Below, in pieces: positions 52,501-64,000 of a stretch of 64,000 nt of DNA. The stretch comes from Antedon mediterranea (lineage: Eukaryota > Animalia > Echinodermata). The stretch lies in NCBI RefSeq assembly GCF_964355755.1, contig NC_092675.1:17890912-17954911 (forward strand). Direction: 5' to 3'. The position numbers and the translations under genes were made by a program. The notes beneath the pieces are model-generated. The model made no database searches. It saw only the letters and a program-made list of their open reading frames with translations, and was not told the origin of the DNA. Positions within the stretch are counted from its first letter, which is position 1; each line of letters starts with the position of its first letter.

Positions 52501-55500
52501 CAGAGAATAAAGAAAAGCATATTCACATGTGTCAGGAGTATGCCATATATTAAAGGCAGGGTAAGTATTACCAAATTTGCTGTTATGTACCATATCCATT
52601 CACATCCCCTAGCAAAACCACATAGTTTACACACATCAGGTGGAAACCATACAAAATACAGGTGTGTGCAAACTTTGTGGTTACATGATAAACAATGTGG
52701 AAGAGTTATAAGTTAATAAGTCACAGCAATGTTGTCCCAAAATCATTTGTTACAATCAGCATACACAACCTCAACTATTTATGACTTACTAATTATCAAT
52801 CAGACATACAATATAATCAGCATCAAGTATAAATCAATTCAAGTCATTGCTAAATGAACATTGGAAGACTCTTGACTGCAAGCACATCATCTTTAACCCC
52901 AAACTCAAATAGTATTACAGTTATCTTTTTAATATAACAGATGTTATTTACCTCCGCCAAGGAGGTATATGTAATCGATCGCGTGTGTTTGTTACTTGGC
53001 AAAAAGAATTTTGCCAAGTATAGTATTCACTTTGTTTGTGTGTGTGTTTGTTTGTTTGTTGGTTAGCACGATAGCGCCTACAGTTTTCAAGTTATCGTTC
53101 TGAATTTTTGGATGTAGATAGGTATATACCTTCAGACCATGCCTATTGAAAATCTACAAAATTGGTTTATTAATAACTTCACAAAATAACAAAAATGATA
53201 TTATTTTCAGACCGGCTAGTGTTAAAAGATAGGACAGAATTTTTCAAAAGCTGGCGAACAGTCTTAAAGTAACCAGTAAACTCAAATTGAATTTTCTCAA
53301 GAACTACTTGTCCAAAAAACTTCATTTTTGTACAGGAGGCAAGAGTTATAATTTGTGATTTGTAATTTTAAAACATAATTTGATTTAATGTGCACTTTTT
53401 TTGATGCGAGTACCGTACTGACGCAGGTATAAGCCCACCCCTCTTGAACATGAAATCATGTCAAGTTTTGGGGGTGGGCTTATACCCGAGGATCCAAAAA
53501 TGCAGATTGTCAAAAACAGCACATGTACACTGTGTATTCCACCATGCGAGCGAGCGCCCTCACGAGGTGTTGCGACGTGTACAACGTTGCCTCGAGTCTA
53601 AATACACGAGGTGTGGAGTGTTGGAAAATTAAGCTTATTATAGTTCGTGTAATTTATCGTAGAATAACTTATTTTAAACATCAATTGAACAAGAATTTAT
53701 CAAGCAGAAAAGCAAGTATACAATGTTGGTTAAATAGAAATGTACCAAAGAAATTTAATAAGCTTGTTTATGGGAGCCGATACCAAATAGTGGTATTCCG
53801 TTTTGGCGACTTGTAGGGTCGCGTGGGAAGCGATCTTCGACCGCGATGGAGTGTAAACAAAACAGGACCGCTAGGCCTCATATGGCCTAGCGTATATAAG
53901 CCTACAGTAGCTTGGTTATGATCAAAGGTAGGTGTATTCGGTGTATGGACGTCGCCAAATACAAAATAATGTACTACGGCACACACTGTTGATCTTCGAT
54001 TTAATGGGTGGGCTTATACCCGAGTGCCTCATTTTTTATGAAAATTAGTCAAAAGTTGGGGGTGGGCTTATACCCGAGTATGGGCTTATACCCGCGTCAG
54101 TACGATAGTTTACAAAACCTATTTCTTTTCAAATTCGTTGCTGTTCTATTGTTAGTCAACTGAAGCTATTGTTAATTGAAAGGCTTGTTACATAACCATT
54201 ACACCAAACTCGCATACACATGCTTGTAGTGAAATTAGCTTAAATCACATACAGCATTAAGACACACACAAATATATATATTTTTTTTTTACCGGAGAAA
54301 TCTGATGTAGGAGAATTTTACAGTAGGCGGAGGTATGCACTCTCGGAGTGACTTTCTAGTTAATGAATGTATACATTTCTTTTTTCAGTTTAATTTATGA
54401 AAGCCTTTTGGGCAGAATGCCTTTGAGAACCATATAATATGATTGTCTGTTTTCAGATTAAAGAACAGCTAGATGTGGCAAAAGCTGGTCTTCAAGAAGA
54501 ATTGTTCAGGGGTACTGAGGGTAGCACGTATATCACAGCATTACCAAAACATGGTTTAACTAGGAAGGAAATTTTGAAAAGCGTCAAAGACTATCAGAAG
54601 TTAGGTACGAAATATTGATTTAATTAATATTAAAGATCTGTCTAAAGATATATATCTTCCATTTACATATGTTTATTCATTTACATATTTTGTGGTGAAT
54701 GTGGAAATAAAGAAATTGAAATATATAATATAGTTAAAGATGTATTGTCCCTTGAAACACAAAAAATGAAAAAAAAAATATTCTAAATTTAAATTGGCCA
54801 TATCAAAGTAATATTAAAGTTATTCACTTTAAATAAGTCGAAAATTTGAGCCAAAAACAACAAGTTTATGTAATTAACAGGTAAATTTATATGATTTCAT
54901 TTCGTCTGGAAAATCGTCACGAGCGAAAGTAAACAAAGATTTCAAACCATTAGTATGCATTATGCATGATGCTAATTAGGATTGTTTACCACTTGTCGCG
55001 GTTGGGAAGGTGTTTTCACACAGTTTTATGATTATGCATACAGAGTAGCCAAACAAGCGCGTTGCATTATGAGATATGTTTTGATTGAAAACTTTGACTG
55101 GAAGCCGAACCGAGTGACCAATCAAATGGTTCATACATTACGTCATAGTTTGTGAAAAAATATGTACGCGCTGACAATTTTGAATTTTTATAACGCGACA
55201 ATGTTTTTCACCTTTTTTGTACTTTTTTAAAGTCTGATATTTCAAAATAACAAGTGTAAGTAAACTAAATCATAATAGAAAAACAATTTTAATGTTTGTC
55301 TTTAGTGTTACTGTAAAGCCTAGATTAAGATATCAGCGAAAACATGTCCTAGGCTGAGTTGAATGTTTGTCTTTAGTGTAAAGCCTAGATTAAGATATCA
55401 GCGAAAACATGTCCTAGGCTTAGTTGAATGTTTGTCTTTAGTGTAAAGCCTATATTAAGATATCAGCGAAAACATGTCCTAGGCTGAGTTGAATGTTTGT

Positions 55501-58500
55501 CTTTAGTGTAAAGCCTAGATTAAGATATCAGCGAAAACATGTCCTAGGCTGAGTTGAATGTTTGTCTTTAGTGTAAAGCCTAGATTAAGATATCAGCGAA
55601 AACATGTCCTAGGCTGAGTTGAATGTTTGTCTTTAGTGTAAAGCCTAGATTAAGATATCAGCGAAAACATGTCCTAGGCTGGGTTGAATGTTTGTCTTTA
55701 GTGTAAAGCCTATATTAAGATATCAGCAAAAACATGTCCTAGGCTAAGTTGAATGTTTGTCTTTAGTGTAAAGCCTAGATTAAGATATCAGCGAAAACAT
55801 GTCCTAGGCTGGGTTGAATGTTTGTCTTTAGTGTAAAGCCTATATTAAGATATCAGCGAAAACATGTCCTAGGCTGAGTTGAATGTTTGTCTTTAGTGTA
55901 AAGCCTAGATTAAGATATCAGCGAAAACATGTCCTAGGCTGGGTTGAATGTTTGTCTTTAGTGTAAAGCCTATATTAAGATATCAGCGAAAACATGTCCT
56001 AGGCTGAGTTGAATGTTTGTCTTTAGTGTAAAGCCTATATTAAGATATCAGCGAAAACATGTCCTAGGCAGGGTTGAATGTTTGTCTTTAGTGTAAAGCC
56101 TATATTAAGATATCAGCGAAAACATGTCCTAGGCTGAGTTGAATGTTTGTCTTTAGTGTAAAGCCTAGATTAAGATATCAGCGAAAACATGTCCTAGGTT
56201 GGGTTGAATGTTTGTCTTTAGTGTAAAGCCTATATTAAGATATCAGCGAAAACATGTCCTAGGCTGAGTTGAATGTTTGTCTTTAGTGTAAAGCCTATAT
56301 TAAGATATCAGCGAAAATATGTCCTAGGCTGGGTTGAATGTTTGTCTTTAGTGTAAAGCCTAGATTAAGATATCAGTGAAAACTGCGCATGACCGTACTT
56401 GACTTTGCAAAACTTCACGTCCATGTGTCCCAGCAACACTCAATAAGAACCAAGAAATCATTGTTGATCGTGTAAAAATATGTAAATATTCGCGGTCCGG
56501 CCTGATCATCGTTATTTATTTTCAACTTTAACGATTTGAAAATTCAACACAACTTAAAGCAACTAGTCGTAACGCTTCGTCGATGGGAAAACAGGCTTTA
56601 GGCTATTGGCGCGCATAAAAAAGAAACAGTTTCGTATATTAAATATGGTCTATAAAACCCACTATATTCAGATAATATTCAAAATCGATTGGCCAAAACA
56701 CCTCAGATGCTTTTCCCTGGCATCTAAAAAAAAAATTTGTCAGGGGGAGCATGCCCCTGGACCTCACTAGATGATTATTTTTCCATATCGCCCCCTTCCC
56801 CCTTTTTTATCAAGATCCTGGATCCGCCCCTGAAAATAATATGAAAAGGATAAATATTAATGAGATAGGGTTTCTGCTTTGTAGATAAGGTTGATTGGAA
56901 GGGTGGTAAAGTATCAGGATGTGTCTACAATGGATCCGATGCACTTTCAAAGCTTAGTGGTGAAGTAAGTCTTGCTTACGTTTTACAAAATTTTTGAGTA
57001 AAAAAGCCAATGTAGATCATAGAAAACCTTATTTTTTATCTTTTTTTGTCTGTATAATTTTTTTATACTGGGCGACCTCTTTAGTCAACAACTGGTCTCC
57101 CAGAGGGCCCAGCTATGATCAGTGGCTGTGTGTGTACTAATACACAGGGTAACCCCTACTTGTCTCGAAAGATGTACTCTAGGTTCTTTAAAGTGCACAT
57201 GAGCTATATGTGTACACTGGACCTACGGTTTATGGCCCTTATCCGAGAAGACTTGTTCTACCACCAGAACCATGGAGGAACCTTGAACCCTTGCCGATGT
57301 TATGGCTACGTAATTACGGTTCCATTGCCTTAACCGCTCGACCACTTACTCAGTAATTGAAAAATAATCTGCTCATTCCACTACACTTCTCTTCTCTAAA
57401 GTTTGAAACACCTGAATATGAAAGCAAGTATGTTCAGCAGGCGTGTTCCACACAGTTAAGTTAATATGTATATAATATGAAACACTTTGCTAGATTATTA
57501 TATTTTCATTGCAATAGATATATGAGGAGTTTGCTTGGACCAATCCACTGCATCCAGATGTGTTTCCTGCTCTTAGGAAGATGGAATCTGAAGTTGTTGC
57601 CATGTGTGTCAAGATGTTCAATGGAGGATCACAAGGCTGTGGTACAGTAAGTTAATGTTCTCTTTCATATTGACATCACAGGCATTAGAATGGAGGCTAG
57701 TGATCTGAAGATAGTAATAATTTCCATAAAAAAATTGCGTTTTTTCCACAAATTTTTTATGTTTCTATGTAAATAACTCTTTGGAACATTTTACGTCAGA
57801 GTTTGGCATTTAAACATCTTCTGAATGGAGAGGTGTTTGTGTTAAAAAAGTACACTTGCATAGCATTGTCATTTGCAACACCCTTTTGAACAGGTACCAA
57901 AGAAAATTCTCATTCATTCTTGGTAACTGAGTTTAATAAAAAACATGGACTACACAAACTAAATAATTTATATGTGACTTTAACACTGTATAGGTGACAT
58001 CAGGTGGTACAGAGAGCATTCTGATGGCTTGCCTGGCATATCGTAGCATCTGGTTTGAAAAGGGTATACTGTATCCTGAAATGTAAGTTATGATTGAATG
58101 TAATTCAACTAAAGATGTAGTTTATAGTTTTGTTACAATTCCTCACATATGTGACCTACGTAATGTGTGCAAAATTTGTATTACTTGACATCTCGTTCAT
58201 GAGATTAATTATTGTATAAATTAGGATATTATAGGGGGCGCTTTTTTAGTATAGACATGCAGTAGATAGTATCAATGCTTTTTGGCAAACTTGTAATATA
58301 CTGTGATTAAATTTATAATAATATTTTTATGAGTGGAGTTGTGGCTTGGTGGTTATAATGCTTGGCTACCACTCCAAGGGTCCTGGGTTCAAGTCTCGTC
58401 ACATGTCAGGATTTTTTCTAAGGACCAAATTACAACTCCACTCCCAAAGACTTGTAATAAGACTTTGTTTATGTAGAGCATCTTGTGTATATGTTTGTCT

Positions 58501-61500
58501 TGTGACCCTCTGAGGGTTCCTAATGATCAGCATTAGCTGGATGGATCACCCTCATTAAATATGGTTAAAACAAAAAAAAATACATATTTGTTTAATTTCA
58601 CAGTCTGGCTCCAATTAGTGTCCATAGTGCTTTTAACAAAGCTGCTCACTATTTTAAGATGAAGTTGGTTCATGTGCCTATTGACCCTGTCACAAGTGAA
58701 GTTAACATTAAAGTAAGTTAAACTTATTAACCAACAAACATCCTTGTCATAGCACTACAAAGATCAATGTTTTGTTTAGAGAAAGCTAGAAGGCAATTGA
58801 CAAATCATTTATTTATTTGTTTTATTCCGTGATAAATATATCAATACAAACAATAATACAAATACAGATTAAAAAAATTTGCATTTAAAGTAATATTCAT
58901 TTTTTAGTATTATTATCGTAGTTTATAGTGTACCATTCCCAGGCTCCTTCCTGTCACAATTCCAGGAAAAACTTCTCATTGTTGTGTCTAACAGATATTA
59001 AGTATTACATTTTTTTAAGGCAATGAATAGTTGTGTCTAACAGATATTAAGTATTACATTATTATTTTTTAAAAGGCAATGAAGAGATTGATTACAAAGA
59101 AAACTTGTATGCTTGTTGGATCAGCGCCAAGTTTTCCTCATGGAATATTAGATCCTATAGGAGACATTGCAGCTGTAAGTAAATACAATGATAAGGGATA
59201 AGAAAGACAATGGTGAAGGTGATGATAACCCAGATATAATGTATACAGTTATATAAGCCATTTCTTTTATGTCATATCTATATCCATACAGAACGGTGTA
59301 CATTAATAGTCTAAGAGCTTTAGGCCAAAATAAGCTTAAACCTGGGCATTTTAGGAAACAACTTAAATTAAAGGATAAGTCTAGGAATATATCTAGAATA
59401 ACATACAAAAGCCCTCATAAATCTCCCTTGAGACTTGTTTAATCTTTATTTTGCCAATATTCTTAATAATTGATTCTGTTTATCATATGCTCTACAGTTA
59501 GGTCGTCGTTATGGTATCCCAGTGCATGTAGACTGTTGCTTAGGTGGGTTTTTAGTTCCATTTATGAAGAAGGCAGGCTTCACCATCCCAGCATGTGATT
59601 TTACCGTTGATGGAGTCACCAGTATATCTGCTGATACACACAAGGTAACTATATACATTCTACACAATATCACCATACCACATACTAACAGAGTAATATC
59701 GCCAAGTACAGAACTGTACGTTTTATGAAAACTGCACCTAAAGCTCCTTTGATATCGTTTGGTTTGTATATCTAATATCCTGTACATGCACATCCAATAT
59801 GTCACTAAAAGTCAAATCTTACTGATTGTATGCACTGTATTGTTGGTGTTGTTTTTAAAAGTATATATTTAGGCAAATTGGCAAAGATATCCATAAGCGA
59901 ATCATTCACTATCCTTCTTAAAAGTGGCAATCCTGTTAAAATCAAACATATACACAAACAAAGTCTTATCATTCTTTTAGAGTGGAGTTATAATTTGTCA
60001 TTAGAAAAAATCCTGACACTGACATGACCCTTTGATTGGTAGTCACCATAACCACCAAGCCACAACTCCACTTTTTCTTGTTTGGTAGTGTACATGAAAT
60101 TGTGGATTCATTTTATTGTGTTTTTATCAATGTAGTATGGATTTGCACCAAAAGGCTCGTCTGTGATTCTGTACAGTGACAGAAAATATCGAGCTCAGCA
60201 ATATTACGTGAATCCAGATTGGCAAGGAGGTATTTATGCCTCGCCTGGTTTAGCAGGTAAGCTTCAATCTGTTGGTAAATGATCACCAAATTTTATTGTA
60301 TAGCAGTCTGCCTAAAATGCAGAATGTCCCTGGTTATTCTAGAATGAAATCAAGATTTTAGAGCAATATTGTGTAATGATAAAGTGAATTGATTACCATG
60401 TGAGATGCATTGGTTTGAGACCTGTATGTGTCATATTGTGTGTACCCTTAGACATTGCCTCATCCTTCGAATAGAATGCATGGCTGTTTGTATATATACA
60501 CAGCATATGTCAACAATAAAGGACTTGATAAACTATTCAAAACATGTTATTGGTGCATTATATACTTATCATTAACTAGGATTGGAACCATGACCAGAAC
60601 TCTTGACTCAGGGAAATGTTAGCTTGTACCCAAGCATGTGTTGTATACAACTTTGTTTTATTTTAGGTAGCCGAGCTGGTGCATTAGTGGCAGGATGTTG
60701 GGCAACACTTGTTCACTTTGGAGAAAATGGATACATTGACAGCACCAGGAAGATTGTGTCAACAGCTAGATATATTGAAAAACAGTATGAGATCTTAGTT
60801 GTCTTATTTGTAGCATTTAAATTTGATTGTTCTGAAAATGTGTTTGACAGACTAATAGTATTTTGTAATAAAATATACTGTAGTGGCAAATTCAACAGAG
60901 GATAGATATAATGCTAGTTGTCTAGTGTTAAAAATAGATAATAATGAATTTCATCATTTTTAGTTTAGCTTTTCAGCAAAAATAAATTATTCAGTATTAA
61001 AATGTTGTATACAGTCGCACATTGGTGTTCTAAAAGAAAATCGTATTGTAGCGCTTAGGGAGTATATTTTGATATTACTATGATAATAATGTATTACTTA
61101 ATATTGACTATTTACTCTTCTAGCCTCAGACAAATTAAAGGTATATTTATATATGGTAAACCAGAAGTGAGTGTTGTTGCAGTTGGATCTAATGACTTTG
61201 ATGTATACAGATTATCAGGTGCCTTGACAGGGAAGGGCTGGAATCTGAATGTTCTTCAATTTCCAGCTAGGTAAAGTGCTTTAAACATAATGTGTTATAA
61301 TGTCCATTTCTATCAACATCGGGACAATATAAAGGTGTTACTTACTATTTACTGGATGTTTCACCGTGTTTTGGCCGTATTCACCATTCACACTTAAACT
61401 AAGGGAAACACCCTTAAAGTTAAACAAATCTGAAGTGAAGACAATTTAAGGGAAATACTTAAATAATTATTTAATACTCAATATTTAAGCAAAATATCTT

Positions 61501-62293
61501 GTGATTGGTGAATATGGCCACTTTCAAGTGGTGTTAATTTTGGTTCAATAGATTTAAATAACTCATAAACAACCCATTATTTATTTGTAAATTTCTCGAT
61601 CCAAAAAGGGATTGCACAATTTAACTCTCCCAACTGCAATATAATTCTCATGCTCTATCTCTTTTATCCCAACCTCTAAATAACAAAGTCTTTAAATTAT
61701 TTTTGGATCGTTTTTAGCTTCCATTTATGTGTGACTTTGTGTCAGACTGAGGAGGGAGTAGCTGATGAGTTTATTCAAGATGTCAAGAAATTGACAGCAG
61801 AAATAATGAAAGACCCAAAGAAGAAAGCAGATGGGGCTGTAAGTTAACAATACAGTATATCTTTTAAGCTTTGTCTACACTATCAAATTTTATGGAGAAA
61901 AAAAAATTACGATGCCATATCACTACCATATTTGGGCACATGACACCTTTTTTTGTTAAACTAGTTTGATAGTGTAGACAGAGCTTTAAATTGAGAGAAA
62001 AAAGATTCAAGATTTATACTACTAAAATATAAATTGTGTAGATTATGTGTATATTTACAGGGTTGCCACCTTTGACAGTGAATGAACTCACTTTTTCCTA
62101 CCCTTGGAATTGGCCTATATGCGAATAATAATCAAAGGAGTAACAGTGCATTTATTTGTCTTTATCCTAGGCTGCTATATATGGCATGTCTCAAAGCGTT
62201 CCAGATCGATCAATGGTGAGTGAAATTGCTCAAGTGTTCTTGGATTCCTGCTTTAGCACAGGACCACTAGCAACTAATGGAACCACCAACTAA
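49581..62293 (+). CDS. SGPL1: Sphingosine-1-phosphate lyase paralog B (canonical), 562 aa, 15 coding exons
   Basis: Exons 49581-49622, 51909-52056, 52493-52560, 54457-54604, 56885-56964, 57518-57646, 57994-58082, 58604-58712, 59076-59174, 59498-59644, 60136-60256, 60667-60784, 61124-61270, 61718-61838, 62171-62293. All GT-AG, open frame. Motifs [67 protein letters not shown]. Exon 1 is the least certain. Confidence 0.95.
49991..50771. mobile_element. MITE A with about 80-bp TIRs and 9-bp TSD (MULE/MuDR-like)
   Basis: TIRs 49991-50070 / 50692-50771 starting CGCCGTGGTTAGGATTCCGGCACCGG; flanks TAAAATTGT (49982-49990, 50772-50780). Confidence 0.9.
50781..51523. mobile_element. MITE B with about 100-bp TIRs and 9-bp TSD (MULE/MuDR-like)
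   Basis: TIRs 50781-50883 / 51420-51523 starting CGCTGTGGCTAAAGATACGGTACCGTAT; flanks TAAAATTGT and TAAAATTAT (51524-51532). Confidence 0.9.
52947..54362 (+). mobile_element. Non-autonomous Helentron/HINE-like element with nested insertions
   Basis: 5' TTTACCTCCGCCAAGGAGGT hairpin, (GT/GTTT)n microsatellite, 3' inverted GGCGGAGGTA followed by hairpin CACTC-TCG-GAGTG and CTAGTT. Confidence 0.7.
53413..54105. mobile_element. Tc1/mariner-type MITE nested in the Helentron-like element
   Basis: TA|CCGTACTGACGCAGGTATAAGCCC ... GGGCTTATACCCGCGTCAGTACGA|TA; repeated GGTGGGCTTATACCCGAG motifs. Confidence 0.85.
54738..55290. mobile_element. Kolobok-like element, left part (SGPL1-B intron 4)
   Basis: TTAA|AGATGTATTGTCCC; matches 48404-48775. 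The matching right end was not found. Confidence 0.7.
55291..56382. repeat. Minisatellite, 65 bp x about 16.7, in SGPL1-B intron 4
   Basis: Unit AATGTTTGTCTTTAGTGTAAAGCCTA(G/T)ATTAAGATATCAGCGAAAACATGTCCTAGGCTG(A/G)GTTG; contiguous, no spacers. Confidence 0.97.
57058..57351 (-). mobile_element. tRNA-derived SINE with Deu/Nin-like central domain
   Basis: Minus strand: A box TGGTCGAGCGG, B-box-like GGGTTCAAG, body CGGATAAGG..ATAAACCGTAGGTCC...GTGCACTTTAAAGAACC...AAGTAGGGGTTACCC, A-rich tail. Domain assignment is from recalled DeuSINE consensus. Confidence 0.75.
58333..58580 (+). mobile_element. tRNA-derived SINE
   Basis: A box TGGCTTGGTGG, B box GGTTCAAGTC, no pairing acceptor stem, about 170-bp body and A-rich tail. 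Confidence 0.75.
58981..59083 (+). repeat. Tandem duplication of the SGPL1-B intron 8 3' end and splice acceptor
   Basis: GTTGTGTCTAACAGATATTAAGTATTACATT...AAG|GCAATGAA occurs twice (AG ending at 59019 and at 59075). Confidence 0.9.
61373..61520. mobile_element. Harbinger-like MITE
   Basis: Inverted ends GGCCGTATTCACCA / TGGTGAATATGGCC. Confidence 0.65.
61867..61985. mobile_element. Harbinger-like MITE
   Basis: TTA|AGCTTTGTCTACACTATCAAA ... TTTGATAGTGTAGACAGAGCT|TTA. A partial second copy lies at about 62338-62434, in the putative 3'UTR. Confidence 0.85.
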
Positions 62294-62962
62294 AAGAATT
62301 ATAGCTGTGGTGAGAGTAGCTATCATTTCATGATTAGTTACACTATCAAACTCAATATGAAAAAAAAATGTGCCCATATATAGACATGATGAGGTAATTT
62401 TTGTCAAACTAGTTTGATAGTGTATACAGAGCTTTAAATGGGTTATATGGACTTCTTTAACCCCCTCTTCCTTTATTTTAATGTATTTTATGTTCTCAAA
62501 AAATATCCAAAGTAAACTTATTTAGCTCGAATTGTGAACTAATTTAGTTGAGTATTATGCAATGAAACTATTAGCAAGATTTTATTTTGGAACGGGAGAC
62601 AAAGATGAAATTAATGGAATAGTCTTATACAATATGCATGCGCAAAGTAATATTTTTGTCCTGAAGCAAAAGCTCATTATTAGCTTACATACACCATTTT
62701 TAAAATGCGGAATTGTTAAACGCCGTATTGTATTGTTTCTTTATTTATGTTCTCTTTTTAGAAAGCGATAACAATGCAAGTATTGCGCAATCAATGCAAA
62801 TTTAATTTTTAGACTTATGATTGGATAGAATATTAGATAGTACAGTATATAGAATTAGATATGTATATGTTATATGGTAGTTATCACAGTTTGATTGCAC
62901 TGTATTTGTAGTTTAATCTTGTTTTAAAATGATATTATGTTGTTTACGGTAATTCTCTGTCA

Positions 62963-63456
62963 TAGGCTTCTTTCACACCAAAACTCAAGAGACACCCCGG
63001 GGTTTATGACCATTCAAAACATTGAGAAACTCCGGAGATACCCCTTTCACACCAACCTAGCAACACCAGGGTTTATAAAATGAAATTGTTAATGTCGCCC
63101 TCTATTTTGTTTGTTTACATAGCGATGATCATTAGAATCATTTTAATTAATAATATTTTTAATTTAATAATTACTTTCAAAAGTCTCAGAAGTAATATAA
63201 TGTTTTATTGATACTACTTATTATTTTCTAGACCCTCTATATATTTTGTACAAATATTTAAAGTTTTTTGAAATAAAACTAAAGCAATGAGTGATCGTAT
63301 GAGGATGACCTTTTGACCTAAAACTCCGGAGCATTGATGTTGGTACCTTTCACACCAAAACACCGGGGTGTCCCCGCAATTCGCTCTCCGGAGAATGTTC
63401 AGCTGTTCAACCCCGCAGTTTTAAACTCCGGAGTCGCTTTTGGTGTGAAAAGGGTA
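62963..63456. mobile_element. MITE (Harbinger-like)
   Basis: Inverted ends TTTCACACCAAAA / TTTTGGTGTGAAA with internal repeats of CTTTCACACCAA and AAACTCCGGAG. Confidence 0.65.
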
Positions 63457-63507
63457 TCTTATACCAAGAATGGTATCAAGAGTAGAGTGCATCCAAGAAT
63501 TGAAATT

Positions 63508-63703
63508 AAAATGTACTAAATGTCTAATAAAGCCATATCTTATCTCAACGACCATTGTAGAAGTTGGGGAAAACAGCCCTCTCTTGAATTTACTCTCCAT
63601 GATTTAAATTTAAATGTACTAAATGTCCAATAAAGCCATATCTTATCTCAACGACCATTGTAGAAGTTGGCCCCCTCTCTTGAATTCACTCTCAATGATT
63701 TAA
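63508..63703. repeat. About 100-bp tandem duplication
   Basis: AAATGTACTAAATGTC.AATAAAGCCATATCTTATCTCAACGACCATTGTAGAAGTTGG...CCCTCTCTTGAATT occurs twice. Confidence 0.85.
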
Positions 63704-64000
63704 AAATCAAAGACAGTCATGGCACCTTCTTGAGCAACCAGAAGGCTTCTTATCATATTATCTCCTATAGCATGAAGTAAATGATTAAAATACACTACCG
63801 TTCTTGAATTTAAACTCTAAATAACCAAAAACCAACACTGTCATGCGAGTTCCAAAATGCTAAACTTCCAAACTTGTTTGTAGCTTTCCAAATTTTAATG
63901 ACTGCCCTGATCCTTCCTATACAGAGCAATACTAAACCATTTTAATGCAAACTGTGGTAACTAAACTAAACTATTTGTACTGTTAAATTAAGGTGTTTTG

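Noticed and set aside
55291-56382. CRISPR-like array
   Set aside because: Plain head-to-tail 65-bp repeat without spacers.
58333-58405. Functional tRNA gene
   Set aside because: A and B boxes are present but the acceptor stem does not pair; it continues into a SINE body and A tail.
42281-62293. Assembly artefact (haplotype duplication) as the source of two SGPL1 copies
   Set aside because: Proteins differ extensively and the introns show no visible similarity, which is incompatible with allelic copies.

Overview
AT-rich, intron-containing animal genomic DNA, probably a marine invertebrate (an echinoderm-like deuterostome is a guess from repeat types and TAGGCCTA richness). Three complete spliced genes can be rebuilt by hand with GT-AG introns. 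RPS24 (+, 4 coding exons, 131 aa, TCT/5'TOP start) is followed by two sphingosine-1-phosphate lyase (SGPL1) paralogs arranged head-to-head about 1.3 kb apart, each with 15 coding exons at matching positions. The + copy is canonical. The - copy keeps the PLP catalytic residues but is rewritten at many normally conserved motifs. Near the start is a single-coding-exon, frameshifted Ig-domain membrane receptor with three tandem tyrosine-motif repeats. The rest is mostly repeats: a 5'-truncated non-LTR retrotransposon with an open RT frame, an internally deleted Academ transposon, Kolobok/hAT/Harbinger/Tc1-type MITEs, tRNA- and 5S-derived SINEs, Penelope-type minimal hammerhead motifs and two intronic minisatellites. 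Most unusual among the repeats are two different MITEs stacked at one 9-bp target site. All calls come from manual reading; no database searches were run.
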